64,000 bases of DNA from Tubulanus polymorphus (GCF_964204645.1 NC_134029.1:17664950-17728949), one strand, 5' to 3'; positions 27,001-42,000 are shown, counted from the stretch's first letter. Program-made: numbers and translations. The notes: generated by a model from the letters alone, not told the origin.

Positions 27001-30000
27001 TCTTTGCTCGATGAAGAAAGCCATTTTCCTCAGGCTACTGACGAATCACTTGTTGAGAAATTGAACAAAAATTTCAACCATAATCAATACTTCAAAGCAC
27101 ACCCTAACAGCAAACAGATGAAGTTTACGATATTTCATTATGCTGGAAAGGTAAGGACATACGTTCATCATAAAGACTGGAATCAGACAAAATATACACT
27201 TGATGATATGGATAATTTGAGCATGTAAAAATATTTTTCAACTAATTGTACTATGCCCATGAACCGGGTATATGTATCTTATAGGTTGAGTACAGCACTT
27301 GTGGTTGGTTAGAGAAAAACCGTGATACATTACCTACTGGAATCGTGGATATTTTACAGGAAAGTTCCAATCAACTTGTCAACATTATATTTAAGGGTGA
27401 GGTTAATTGTAGTCTATATGTCTATGTACAATCAAATGTATCATAGTCAAGAGGTGATTCCGATTTCAGATAGTCAAAGATGGTCCTTCCAATCACTGTG
27501 CCCGATTAAGCAATCTGTCATGATGTTCTTGTGAATGTCATTTATGTATGTTATGAATGTCATTTGTGTTTATCTTAGCTACGATGACAAGAACTGGTTC
27601 TCTTTCATTACAACATCGCACGTCAAAAGGAAGGATTTCTAGGAAAACGAGGAGAAAAAAGGTGAACAATTTATTTTCTAATTAGTAGCATCTTTTACTC
27701 TCCATCAACCTAATGCCTAAAAGTGGGCATGTGTTGTCTTGCGATGCAACACCGTGGTTGTAAATGGGCGTATTGGTTGACTGTGGCGTGAATGTTGCTG
27801 GTAGTGTGCGGCTAGTCTTTGTCAGTTGCAATACCAGCATAATGTCAGTTGCGACTCGGGGAGATGGTCATGTTGCATTGCAGAAAGTAGAACACATGCA
27901 ACTTATAGTGACTGGCATTGCTGGCAGTAGCGAAAAATGAGTCGCTGGCAGTCACAAGTTTAATTTACGCCTGATCAAGGTTCGCCCTACATACCACTAA
28001 TTACCTCTTTGAGCCACTCCTTCATTTAATGCCAGTTTGTTCATATGATTTAGGTACCAGTACTGAAATTTGTAATTGGTTTCACAATGTGTAATTGGTT
28101 TCATCAAAGCAATTTATTTTGAAATTTTTCTTTACAATTTTTTCTTTTCTGAAAACCAGTCACCCATTTAGAGTTATCGCAGCATTAATAAACTGACCTG
28201 TTGATAGAATATAATTCATTCATCGGTGTTATTTACTTCTAGAATGCACCACCGATAATTAAGAAAAAGATCACGGTTGGATTGCAATTTAAGGTTTGTT
28301 TTGTTGGTTTTATGTATTATTTACTTTCGTAACATGAGTATTCTATGAAAGCTTTATTTGTTTATTTTCCAAAAATAATGATTTTCTTTCGGTTGAAGAA
28401 TTCACTGGAAGCAATGATGGAGCGTATGAAGTCAGCAGTTCCATTGTTCATCCGCTGTATCAAACCAAACAACGAGAAGTTACCGAACAAATTCGACGAT
28501 GAACGAGTCTCAAAACAGGTAAACCCTTTCAATGCATTGTCAATGTAATGAGAGTGAATGTACTGTATATTTGCAATTTGGATTTGTAGATGATTTTTTG
28601 AAAATTTCATGCTGATTTTGATTGAATATTTTTATCACTTGCATGATTATTGTACATAGTTATTGTACACTGGCATGTTGGAGACGACTAAAATTAGAAG
28701 AGAGGGCTTCGCTATCAGACCAACTTTTGCCGAATTTGTCGAAAAGTATGTTAAAACCTAAATATGGATACTAGTTAAACATTTTCTGAAGATATTAACG
28801 AGCTGACTTTGCCAAAGCAAAAACAAATTCGTAACAAATTTTTATTAAAAGAAATAGAATCTACCTAGTACTAATTAGCATGTTATGCATTGCTTGCTAA
28901 CTAAGTGTCAGCTGCACTAATCTATCCTTGGAGTAATCAAATGATTACTCCAAGACCTATCTATGTTTAATTCATGGAAGTTACTTTCTAACGTGATTCA
29001 CTACTTTCTGCTTGGTCTTGTTGAGTGTTCAGCATAACTTGACATGCACATTGTGCCCCCATTCTTAATGAAATATTTACAACTAACAATATACAAATAG
29101 TCTTTGAGTTCACATGCGATGTTGAATCATTGATGGTCTGGGCATTCTAATGAATATATATATATATATTATATCATTATCTGACTTCTTAATATATTTT
29201 CCGGTCCTTACCTTGGACTTAAACTTAACAATTGCTGGGTCCAATTTTGCCATTCCCTGTTTCTCCTAGGCGAGGTTTACTCTAACTAGATGAGTCAAAA
29301 CTGTATCACATAAGTGTCACATGTATGATGAGGAGTAGTTTGCTCTGTTGAAATCGATCTGAATTTTTGCATTATTTTAGAACTGTAACTAAAAAATCTT
29401 CTGTTAAAATATCCGGTCCCCTATTATGGAATACTCTATCAGAATCAATTCGAACTATTCAAAGCGAACCTGCCTTTAAGCGTACCTGCATTAAATCATT
29501 ATTCAACACTTGGTAAATTTTCATTCTATACAAACCTATTGTAAAATGTGTATAAAATGTGTAAACATTTTTTTAGCTCCGCTGCGACCGGAGGTCAGCG
29601 GAGCTAAAGGGTTAGGGGGTGAGCTGTCGTCGTCCGTCCGTTCGTTCTTCGTTCGTTCGTTCGTGCGTGTCAACTTTTCCTTCAAATCGCTACTATAGTC
29701 CTACAGTTTTAATCGGATCAATTCCAAATTTGGTATGAATGTTCTATGGACCTAGGCCTATAAAATTACAGAGCCATTTTTTGGATTCGTCCCCCAGGGG
29801 GCGCCCCTGGGGTGGAGTTTCTATTTCTTCAAATCGCTACTAGTCCTACAGTTTAAATCAGATCAATTCCAAATTTGGTATCAATGTTCTATGGACCTAG
29901 GCCTATAAAGTTACAGAGCCATTTTTTGGATTCTTCCCCCAGGGGCGCCCCTTGGGGTGGAGTTTCTGTTTCTTCAAAGCGCTACTAATCCTACAGTTTT

Positions 30001-33000
30001 AATCAGATCAATTCCAAATTTTGTGAATGTTCTATGGACCACGGACTATGAAGTTACAGAGCCATTTCTTTTATTCGTCCACCAGGGGGCGCCCCTGAGA
30101 GTGGAGTTTCTATTTCTTCAAATTGCTATTAGTCCTACAGTTTTAATCAGATCAAGTCGAAATTTGGTATGAATGTTCTATGGACCAATACCTACAAAGT
30201 ACAGAGCCCTTTTGGATTTGGCCAAAAGGAGGCACCCCTAGGTATGCAGCTTCAATTTCTTTAAATCACACAGCGGAGCTGTATAAGCCGATAGGCTCCT
30301 TGTTTTTCTTTTCGCCTGTTATTACTTGTGTGCATGATGTATGAGTGTGATGAATGTGGTGTGGGGTGTGGATGCTTCTGGGTGATACGGCTTAGATAGA
30401 CTGCTCAGTCCCTCCGTACAGCCCCATTATCCTGTTACATTTTTCTTCTTTTAATCATACCTATTATATCGTCTAATAATGTAACATTTTAATGAAAATA
30501 AATTTCAATTATTGTCTTGTAACTTCATTATTTTCAATTCAGGTACAAGATATTGGTTTCAAAACATTCTCTTCCTGCATCCAGTGATTCGTGTTTATAT
30601 ATTTTGACAAAATCGGAAATCTCTGGCTGTTATATTGGGTATGTTGTATGCTTACTTTCATTGAACCTCTCCTCCCCATCCACGCAACACCCTCCCCTCC
30701 ATATTTCTTACAAGCTCAGCAGTTCTTTTAAGAACTGACGAATTTTTTTCCTTGCACCTATTTTGAAATTGATACATTGGAAGACTTTTGGAAGATGTTT
30801 AGCGCATTCCTCCGCTTTAAGGCATCGTTTCAAAGATGAAATGCGTTCTAAAATTGCTCTAATGGTATTTTATTTTCAATCTTATATTCATTATTATTTA
30901 TCATGTTTATTCATTCTTTAACTTTGATTCAGGGTACCCGCGTATTTTCATAGTAGTTTCCACTCGGTGAGCAGATTCAGCGCTCATAATGTACTGAAAC
31001 ACGTGTTGTTGAGTCTTCTATTTTGGTGATCCATCCTCCATAGCTACTATAAGGCTTTTAGCGAAAAGGCCTTATAACTTGAAAGTACAGAGCTGCCACT
31101 GGTACTGACATGAAAAAACTTTCTTTTGTCCTCTGTTACTTTTAGGCCAGCTGTAGGCTGAGCCTATTACTATACAAATGGAGTGAAATCAAATGACATG
31201 GTTTCCAGAGTAAAGGCTCTTTGACTGTGCAACTGGGCATATATTCATACAAATCATTCATTAGAGCATTATCCATTCTCCAACCCCTATGAAGCTGAAT
31301 TTTGAAAGAGGGCCTCATTTATATTTATATGAGCTTTTTCGCGAAAATCTGATCGCAAAAATATCTGTTTTAAAAGCCAATCAGAAAGCAAAGACTCCTC
31401 TATGATTGGCTTACCTGCAGAGATCAGCAGGTGTTCATGTGAACCTGTGGTATCGTCTACTGTTTTACTTCCGGGTTTTATTTTAAGATCTAAAATTGTA
31501 TTTCAATGTCGATTTCTGTGAAATCTTTAGTTGATTTGGTTTTTGGGAGGAATATTTTTATTTGCACTAAAGAAAATATCTTTGACAATTGTGCAAAGTC
31601 CGGGAAAAATAGCTTTTTCTCAAATCGGATGGATGGCTTTGATATGATAATTAGCCATGTGCTCAAACTACAAATTCAATCAAATTTTATTCTGCAAAAA
31701 ATATCAAATCCAATTCAATTTTACTTCATTGAACAAGGTAAAACAGCAAATCCAATTCAATTTTGTTTTATTGAGCAAATTTCAGCAAAATTCAATTCTA
31801 TTCCGCATTCAAATCAATAAGACCAAGGGAAAAGATTTATCTGAGGTATTTAATCCTGCCAGCTCCAGTCGCTGTCTGTGCTGAAAACACTATTGAATTG
31901 TGTAAATTATTAGCCTGGGATTGACTAGTCTATGAGCTGGGAGTGTATTTGGACTAATTTGGACACAGAATGCATCATTTGCTATTTTATGAAAAGCTGA
32001 CATGCTGGCCATAGTGCCCCTTGGGGCTCTTGTTTCATCATAATTCTTCAAAAAGAATAATTGTTTTTTACCCCTCTGTGGTTGGACATGAGGAGTATTG
32101 TCATTGCATGCGTGTATCCATCCATCCATCTGGAACGTTAGTTCCCATCCATCAAGGTGCAGTCTTTTAAGTACAGTATTTATAGAGCCTTTATATTCAT
32201 TTGAAAGGAGTATGCTATCCAGCTAATGATACCTATTAACCAATTGAGAGTACCGCTGACTTAAATTTCGGTCCGGTTTACTATTTACCACTGACCAAAA
32301 TTTGGTCGCTGCGCTGTGTATTGTTGCACTTGGCTGGTATCGAAAGGAGTTCTGTATGACTTGTAATGTTAGAGACCACAATGATTTTCATTTCTTCGAG
32401 TCAGATTATCATTTAACCCTGGGGTTCTGGGACTCAAGGGGTAATAGTCACATTCAAGATGGCAGATTTGTGGCCATATTGGATTCTCACACCGTTCCCT
32501 CATACAGGGTGCAGTGTCCAAAGAAGAGGATTCTGATTTTCCATTTAATTCTTCCATTTTGAAATGCAATAAAAAGTAATAATAGAAAATTCAGTTTTTT
32601 TCCCTTTGCCTTTCCAATTTTTTCTTGAAAAAAGCCTAATACACTTACCTGTAGTATAAGTAACATTGTATTACTCCCATGCCAATTATACTTAAACATA
32701 ACACATTTTAGTAACATAGCTGCACTCTGACATGGTATTATACTGGTAATTTTTAAAACCCACTGTATACAAAATTAAAAGATTTGAAACGTTGTGTCTT
32801 TAGTTTTAATTCTTGAGTAATGAATTCAATTTTAGATCTTTTAAATTTGAGGGTTTTAGACTTATAACACATTTTGCAGGGCAAGAAGAATTCACTTCTT
32901 TGAGAGCATATTTATTTGAAATGCATAGGCCTACATGACAAGGCGGATTGAAGGAGAGAACGTTAGAATTGTGTAACAGATGAAGGATCTGTAATATCGA

Positions 33001-36000
33001 CGTTTGATATTCTCCATAATCTACCTGTAGGCAGCTTCGTAATATGTTCCAAAATAAAGAAAATGTAGTTAAAAAGTTGTAGTTAGAAAACGTTACTTAC
33101 CAGGGAGAAGTAAGCTGCTGTTATATAGACTGACATTAGATATCTCACCAATTAGTTTTACAAATGGTTCTGGGATCCCACCAATGTACAAATTCATGTC
33201 CTGACCATATGGAAGATGATAAGTGACGTTTTCTGTTATCTGGCACACGTGATTTAGGCATTTGGTATCTGTATTATTTTCTTGATCGTAACTCCACCTT
33301 AAAAAGTGCCACTGATTCACCTGGTATGGACCGAATAATGTAGTAGGCCCTTTCCTTATACTCTTTCTCAGCCATATTGAATTGTTGATTATTGTTATGT
33401 ACGGCCCTGTATGCCATCCAAATATCAACGGATACACTTGATATATCGAGTTTGGTAACAATTTAACGTTCAGCGTCACCGTGAATATATTGCTGCTGTT
33501 GAACGCATTGTGTAGTTTCGAGGAGAAATCATTTCCGTTGATGCGTATGTACGAATCTCCATTAAACACAGCCACCTTTTGATGCAACGTTTGGTCATAT
33601 TGAAAATCTGCACTTTCAGATGTGGTTGAAAGATTATACGGAGATATATCATTGACATCTCCATCTAACAGCCAATGGCCGACCAGCGATGCTGAAATGA
33701 TGCATTTTGACTCTAGATTAGTATGTTTACTGTGTAATTATGTTTGTATGACAACCACAACGAACAATGGCATCCCCAGGATTTGATCTAAGGAATAAAA
33801 GCCACTTCCCCATGGGGCAAGCATATCTGAAAAATTAACTTGCCCTCTACATGCAGTCCGATTGGTGGCACAATCAACCATTATATCGAGTGGGAAAAAA
33901 GCTTTTAGACATAAAATTGCACTGGCTCGGTGGACAAATGATAATGATAACCTACTTTCTGTAATGAAAACATACTTGTCCTTGGCAATCAGACAAGTGC
34001 TTAGATTGGACCCTGCGTCCCCGGAGTCAATGGGGGTTCAAATTTCGCTATGATTTGGCCAAATCCACTAAACTTTTTCGGCTGTTAGGCTTTTTAAATG
34101 GATTATAAATGGATGACTGCTAAATCCCGGGGCTGGGGTGGACTGCGTAATGAAATTAAGAATATCTTTCCCCTTTTCAAGAAAAGCACTACGACCCAAC
34201 AGCTCCGGCACAAACACCATCAAATTACGTACCAGTAACATAATTTGTTTATCAATTTATCTAAAGGAGAAACCAGTAGGCCTTTTGTATTATTAGTTGA
34301 TTTACCCTGAAACTTTTTGATCAAATGGCTATATTATCGAATAAATCATAATTTGATTGAAGTATTTTTTTTACCAACCTGAACATATGTCGATACCAGC
34401 ACACACGCAAAAATAGAAGAAATAGATACACATGTTTATCATGATTCCATTTTTTGATGAACTTCAGCTCTCATGAAAACTCTTAAAATTTATTTACTCT
34501 ATGTAGCTTAGTACTGGTCAGAATGATTTCTAAAATATATCAGATTCAACGAATCAGCCGATCTTCCAGCTATGTATGATAATGATATGCGCATCTGTTT
34601 TGCGTAATACCCATCGTAAATGTGAAATTGGACATCTATCAACTGAAGTTTGGTACAATTCCGTTCGTAAAGTCGATTCTGAAAATGCATTTGTTACCAT
34701 CATATTGATTTGTGAAAACATCCATCTGACAAAGGAAACAATTGCCATTAGTGCTTCATAACTTATCTCTTTTTCATGTTAAATCAGTCTTTTGTTGTGA
34801 CTTCCTATTCTCTTTTGAAGCCAAATGGATACGTTGGATATCGTATTTTTTTACAAAAAGGAAAGTGCGTTCAACATAATTTCTAAGCCATAGCGGTGTA
34901 TCGAAATTCAATAAACACTAATGGAGCATGTGAAAACTGAATGACATTTCGTGAGCTAGTTACTATCATTCTCGAAGCTGTTTTCAATTACTTTACAAAC
35001 TGATGTTAAGAAATTATCTAGCTCCATTATTTCGTATGGTTTGGATACGTGCATGGGTCCCATCTTTCAAACTTCATTACAAAATATTTCTACAATTTGT
35101 ATGAAATTTGCAGCCAATACCGCCATGTTTTCATTTCTCCGTGCAAATTATCTGATTTTTATTATGAATTATACAGTTTTCTTTCTAGGACAGATATAAC
35201 CAAACATTGCATCGACGATCTATCGGGCAAGGTCCACAAATACTGCAATACATTCTACGCCGTCATTATTTTTCATTTCTCGTATTAGGCAAATTAGGTC
35301 TATTTATAGATTATATAAGGTTCAATTCTGCCGTGATTATCAGAACTACACCTAACTTGAATGGTTGAATTATCTATGGGAAAAAGTGCACCCAAAATGT
35401 ATAGAATATATAGATGTGTTTAGCTGATCCTTATCTTCCATCGTCCGTTCATCCGCAGACAAAATCATGTCTTTTGGGGAAATTTTGGTCACACTTAGAT
35501 GTATGGGCTCAATATTTGTTCTGTACATGTATCTACCCTATTTGCAATCCATAAGTTGGCTCCATTGTAATCAAGATCGCCGATTAATGGCTATTGTTGT
35601 TCCCCAAATGTGGCACCTGCAAATTTTTAAAAAAGTTTTCATGGGAAATTTGAAGACGCTTTGATCGACAAAAAGGTCATTTTTGGTCTGAATTCCAAGG
35701 CCTGTGGCTTCATTATGCTTTGACATATTGCATTGAAATTTGACGTTGGTGGTATCGGCAAGGTATCGTTAACATACCAGAAAGGTTTTTGGATTATTCA
35801 ATTGTTACACAATTGGCAGCCATCTTAGTGTCATCTGTCCTCTTCATAGATGGATTAAGGTGTTTGATTGAGCTAGGTTTAGACATCCGTGGCTTCTTTA
35901 TATGTTGATCAAGGGTATTGAATAAGGGAGTGTCCAGAAATTGCGTACCTCAAAATCTCCCGTTTTTGTTACCCCCTCCCCCCTTGTACCACCTTTGTAC

Positions 36001-39000
36001 CAAATTCACTGACCCCCTCATAGGTAGGTACCATGTTACCAATGACCCCCCCCCCCAGTTATATTGATGCAAAGAACACAAATCATAACAAAATATAAAA
36101 GATGTAAATACCTGATTCCAACAAGCGCGTGTAAGATTGATACCGGTACCTGGTATGGGGAATTCCCAGTTGAAGTCTACTACAAGTCACTTGAACAAGT
36201 CACTAAAAGCTGATAAAACACCAGTATCGGCTATTTTCATTTGAGTTTGGGTGCATAAAGTATGTACCAAGATTGATTAATAGCGCCCTCCCTCAAAGTA
36301 CGTACCTTTTTGCTGACCCCCCTCCCCCATGTACCACTTTGTACCAAAATTCAGTAACCCCCTCCCCCAATTAGAGGTACGTAATTTTTGGTAGTAAATT
36401 TTCAGATTATCACACATTTCCTCTAGCAATTCCCGAGTAGGCCTGGTGTCCCTGGACCCATAGTTTATTAAGACTTACGATAAACTTCTAACAGGCATCT
36501 TGTTAAATATATAGAATGCCTTTTCAGATTCACTGATACATTAATGCCTTTTAGATCTTGGTATATAATGGAAATGATTTTGTTTTTTTCACAGGAAAAC
36601 AAAGGTATTCTTGAAATACTCACACCTTGATCAGTTAGCTGACAGACAGCAATATCTTATCAAAGCAGCTGTGATAATACAGAAATGTAAGTACCACTAT
36701 GTATAGATAGGGATACGCCCATAATACCTCCGCCCAAAATACCTCCGTCCAAAATCCCTCGGTCCAGAATCCCACACCCAGAATCCCTCCACCCAGAATA
36801 CCCTTATATGTGTCCAAAATACCTCCACCCAGAATTGAAAGAAATACTATAATTCTATTATTTAGATGTATAAAGTACCACCAATATTGACTATTATACA
36901 TGTATAGGATCATATATAATGTATTACGGTATATATAAGCCTATACTGAATAATAATTGAATAACAATTAATGACAACGTTCACTTCCAATTAGTTATGG
37001 CTGGGAATTTACAAATCGACCCAATTTGAACAAACAACGAGATAGGGATTATAGAATATTGGTTAGTTTATCTCATGTCTTTAATTTAATACTAGATTTC
37101 TCTGGAAACAATTCAATATTTAGATTATAGAATATTAATTAGTCCTATAATCTAAGAAAACAATGTACTACATTTCGGTATACACACTGAATTCAGTTCA
37201 TTTCCATTTAACTGCAACAATGATGTTCGAACAATTTACTGAAATTAACATTATACTTTGTTTTGCTCAATTAACTACTTTTAAACTATAGAACTTTGGT
37301 TTATTTGAATATGGCCTGTAAATTCGAACTTTGATGGGGACAAATTCTAAAAAATTATATTACTAATAGGTTCCTAATTTTTGTTCTTCAGGCATAAACC
37401 CATTCGATCTAGGGCCTGGAGGTATTTTGGAAACATATGAGGGTATTCTGGGTGGAGGGATTCTGGGTGTGGGATATTTCAGTGGAGGTATTTTGGGCGG
37501 AGGTATTATGACCCGGATTCGTATAGATATGAGAAATCTCCAAAATTGACACAGGAGAAAAATACACAAAACATGAACAAATGTGTTCCTTGTATAATTT
37601 TCTGATTACCCATTTTCAAACTCAAATGTTGTAATGTATGAAGAGGACACAAAATATATTGAGAAAGCAAACTTTGCAACTCAATAATGCAAGATCATTT
37701 CCATTTATCATGTATGCTTATTGTGCGTTATGGTCATTTCATTTTGATTCTTAACTAAAGCAAAGACGGTACATAGTTTCCTGTGGTATCATCAGAATGT
37801 TGTACTGGGGTACAGTCATCTGATTGTGATGTGTCCTTCTTTGATATGATATGATTTTTACCAGCATAAATCAAGCTGTTGAATTTTAGAATGATGAAAG
37901 AAATGTGAGGTTGACAAAACTCATTTAGGTCACTTAAGTAAATTGATAATTTTGCCGCATCTTATTATTAAATAGGTTCAAGAGGTTTTCTTGATAGAAG
38001 AGCTGTGATGAGGCTCCGCATGGAATCAGAAAAACAGGCACTGCAAGCAGCAACATTGATGTCACAAGTTGGTCAACTTTCAGAATCCTGGTTCAGCAAA
38101 CAATCTGACTTAATGACTATGACAGAAGGTATGAAGCCTCAGATATAAGACTAACCATATTTTGTTGAGGCTGTCCAGATTCCTGGTGCCAAATCTGAAT
38201 TGACCCTACATCTCCCAGTTCACCCTTTCAACACGACGGAACCAGAGGGAACTGGGCTTTCAAGCAACTGGTGGCAACCAGAATAAATAATCGCCAGTCG
38301 CATCGAGTTGCCCATGTTCTACTACTTGTGACTGTGACTGACGACCTACGACTGGTCGTGTAAAGTTGTAGTCAACCCCAGCGCTTCTATGACCAATCAC
38401 AGACAAATTGTAGCCTTACTGTAATCACATGATTGTTCTAAATATCAATATAGGTTCGGATCCTGGCGTGCTGGTTTTAAATTCAGATTTTCTTTATAGT
38501 TTTCCATTGATATTATTGCATTTCAAAGGGTTTTATTGCAATATATGCTAATTACATGAAGCCAACTTGAACCATAGTTTTGCAGACAAAATTTTCGTGG
38601 GAAAGCATTTGCTCTAATGTGTCCATTAACGCCTATTAGCGGTGAAACATTCAGGCATAATTCAGTAGTGTGTCCGAGACCAAATGCACTCAACATGAGT
38701 GAAACTATTGATTGAATTCATAGATTTTTTGTGGGTAATTTTTTCATCAATTGCGTTGAAATGCAAAATAATCTTTTATTGAATCAATTTGTATTCATAT
38801 TACAGTATCATCGCTGGAGCCGTCAGATGGAGAACACCTCGAGTTACCAGAGTTTGATTTCCCGCCACCACCGCTGGAATTACTGCAAGATGATTTCAAT
38901 GTGGATGATCTGCCTCCTCCACCTGATGAGGTAATTACAAATGAAATATTGTTGTAAGATTACAGATACAATCTCCCTGACCTATAACTAATGCTCTTTC

Positions 39001-42000
39001 AAACAAAATTGTAAGTGAGGAAACGTCTCTACAATGAACAGTGAACACTTCGGTACAAAATGAATATTTGACCTCTCTACAACAAATAGTAGCTGCGTTC
39101 ACACTAGGATTTCAGTACGGTACTAAGCGATCACACTGATTCAAATTATTTGAGGCCTATTCGCGGCTTATTCAGTTCCGTACTGAAATTCGCGGCTTAC
39201 CAAGCACGGAATGTGATCCCGCGCCAAAAACCCGATCTCATTACGGAACTGAGCTGAATGGCTGCGTATTTTCTGTAGTGTGAACGCAGATTCGGCGCTC
39301 AGCTAGCCGCGTATTTACATCCGCGTAGTACAATACACTCAACACTAATTACACTCCTCTCTATCGGCACACGGGGTGACTGCTATACTGGGCTTACTAA
39401 GTGCCAAATTGCTGAGTTAACGTGTGAACGTAACTGGATGTGTAAGCACCGTATTTTGGTTAATTCGGCACCAGCTAAGTTCGGTACCTCATAATCGCCG
39501 GCTAGTGCCACTATTATGTCTGCGCAGTCAAAAGTTGTTACAGTAATCAATACTATGTGATTACACACTATGAATACACTATCATTTTACACCATTCATG
39601 GTTAATTATTGGGTAATTCTATTGAACGGTTATGTATACATGGTACTAATTGACTTAATCAATGACTAATATGGGAAGCCAAAACTCTAAATTTCGCCAT
39701 AGTGAACAGAGGCATCTATTGTCGAAAGGTTTTATGTCAAGGATAAAAAATCTATTGCCCCTCATCGTGCCCTATCTGTTGGCCAGAGCATGGCCCTGGG
39801 CATTACAAAATTTAATATTAATCCATCTTTGCATAGTTTTTGGTTGCTGGAGATAGCACATCGGATTCAGACATCATGGAAGATGATTTTGAACCGCCCG
39901 CACTACCACCGAAGAATTATAGAAAGTTTGGCCGTCAAGCAACGAAAATCTGGTTCAAGGAGACGCAAGCAAATTCTTTGCAAACATTGGATGGGGTGTA
40001 CCATGAGTGGTTTCACGGAATTATTACTCGAAGGTGAAAATTGTATTACATTTTGAGGTTGCTTTTGCTATCATTTTCAAACATTTATTGACCAGTCATG
40101 CAAACGATAAAGCCATGGTGCTGTCCTGCGTATATTTCAAGAGCTTGATTTTAGGTCTGATAGTTCGTCGTACCCCAATAGTACAACTTGGCTATTGGTT
40201 GATACAAAATTTGGTTGATATGTCGATTCATATTTTTCTTACTGGGATTGTACTACATGAACCAAGGTTCGACTGTATGATTTTGTATTTAGTCATTAGA
40301 CAAACGGGTCCCAGCATGCTTCACTCATGTTGTAAAAATTCAATGTGACAGGTGTTCAAACCCTATTTTAGGGTTTCCTCGCTTTTCACAAATGATTTAT
40401 TGTGGGTCCCGGAGTAGGGTTGCAGACAACACAGAAACTCACTTACTGATTCATATTTCTGACAGTAGACATAGATTATCACTAAAATTTTCCAAGGGTC
40501 ATATACCCTACAAACTTTTCAATTACCCTAAAGCTCTATCTCTTACAGTTTTCACTCTATTGAGCTCCAAAGTTACTACTGATTTCCCTACTTTTTAGTT
40601 AACAATGATGGACACTCTGAGGGTTTTTCTCAAATTACACATGAGCACTGAAAGAGTTAAGAAAAAGTGGGTTGATTGGATACAAAATGGCTGTCCAGTG
40701 AATTCATCACTATGAATGAGATGTGATTTTCTTGAAGCTTGTGATGGGCTTGATACATACATGGAATACACCTATTGAAAATGAAGTTACTCACTCCTAA
40801 ATAACTTGCAACTACGGCGGCGTTCCACTTTCTAGTACTATTATCATTATTCGTTATGTTGTAGGGATGCTGAAAGGTTACTCATCAATCAAACGACTGG
40901 TTGTTTCCTGATTCGTGTCAGCGAAAGTAGATTTGGATTCAGTTTATCATTTAGATCATCACAGCGGGTTTTACACTACATGATTGATCAAACACGCAGC
41001 AAAAAATACGTGATCGTCGGTGAACCGAAAGCCCATCGTTCATTGGCCGATTTAGTATCGTATCACCAGAAAGTTAAGATATCGAATTATGACGGATTAC
41101 TTACTGAAGCTTGTGGTCAGGTATAACATGTATTAGCATCATCTTTTAAATCGCAATCACACCGAGACGATTTGGCCCGAATCAGGCCTTGTATAATTTT
41201 AGCATTGGTCAATTTATTGCGTATGAATTGCAACCGTTGCCGGAAATGTCCCACTTCGCTTTCTTTGAGCATTGTTTAGAACACGCTCTCTAATTAGGCA
41301 CGGGCAAAAATTTGGCACGGGCCTGGTTCAATGTTCTTGGTTGGGCCAAACAGGCTAAGGCCCATTTCAAATGAGCAACTGTGTGAATGGTTGGTCCGGG
41401 CCTGATTTGGCACCGGGCAAAATAACTCCGGTGATCGGGGCTATAGAAACTAAGGAGTCGATGCGGATTTAGAGTGATTAAGGAGGGCCGGATGCATTCA
41501 TTTAATCCAATGCCTTACAAGATCAAAAGCAATCATAAATTCCAGATTTTCTTAATCAGGATTCTACCTTGAATAACTATATGTCATAATCTAGGGGCCA
41601 GTTGCTCAAAAGTTGGTCAGTATTACCAGTGGATAGTTGATGTAGGGATAATTAAAAGTTCATCCGTTCCCATGGTATTTATCCGCTGGTTATCTTTAAC
41701 CAACTTTTGAGCAACTGGCCCCTAGATTATGACATAGTTATTCAAGGTAGTGCAATGCAGGACATTTCGATTGATTTGAAACATTTTCAAATGTATCTAC
41801 CATTGTCATAAACATAAACATGAAGTGGTTGATGCTGGGATGACATAATCAAAATATCAGATTTTTGGGAGAATTTCTGTTAAAAAGATACATTGTTTCC
41901 GATTTTCAGAGCCACTTTTTTGCCAGGCCATTTCATCAGAATTTTTTTTTAGTTTTTTTTTTTTGTTCAAAAAGGTATAGAATATACTGGGTAAATTATT

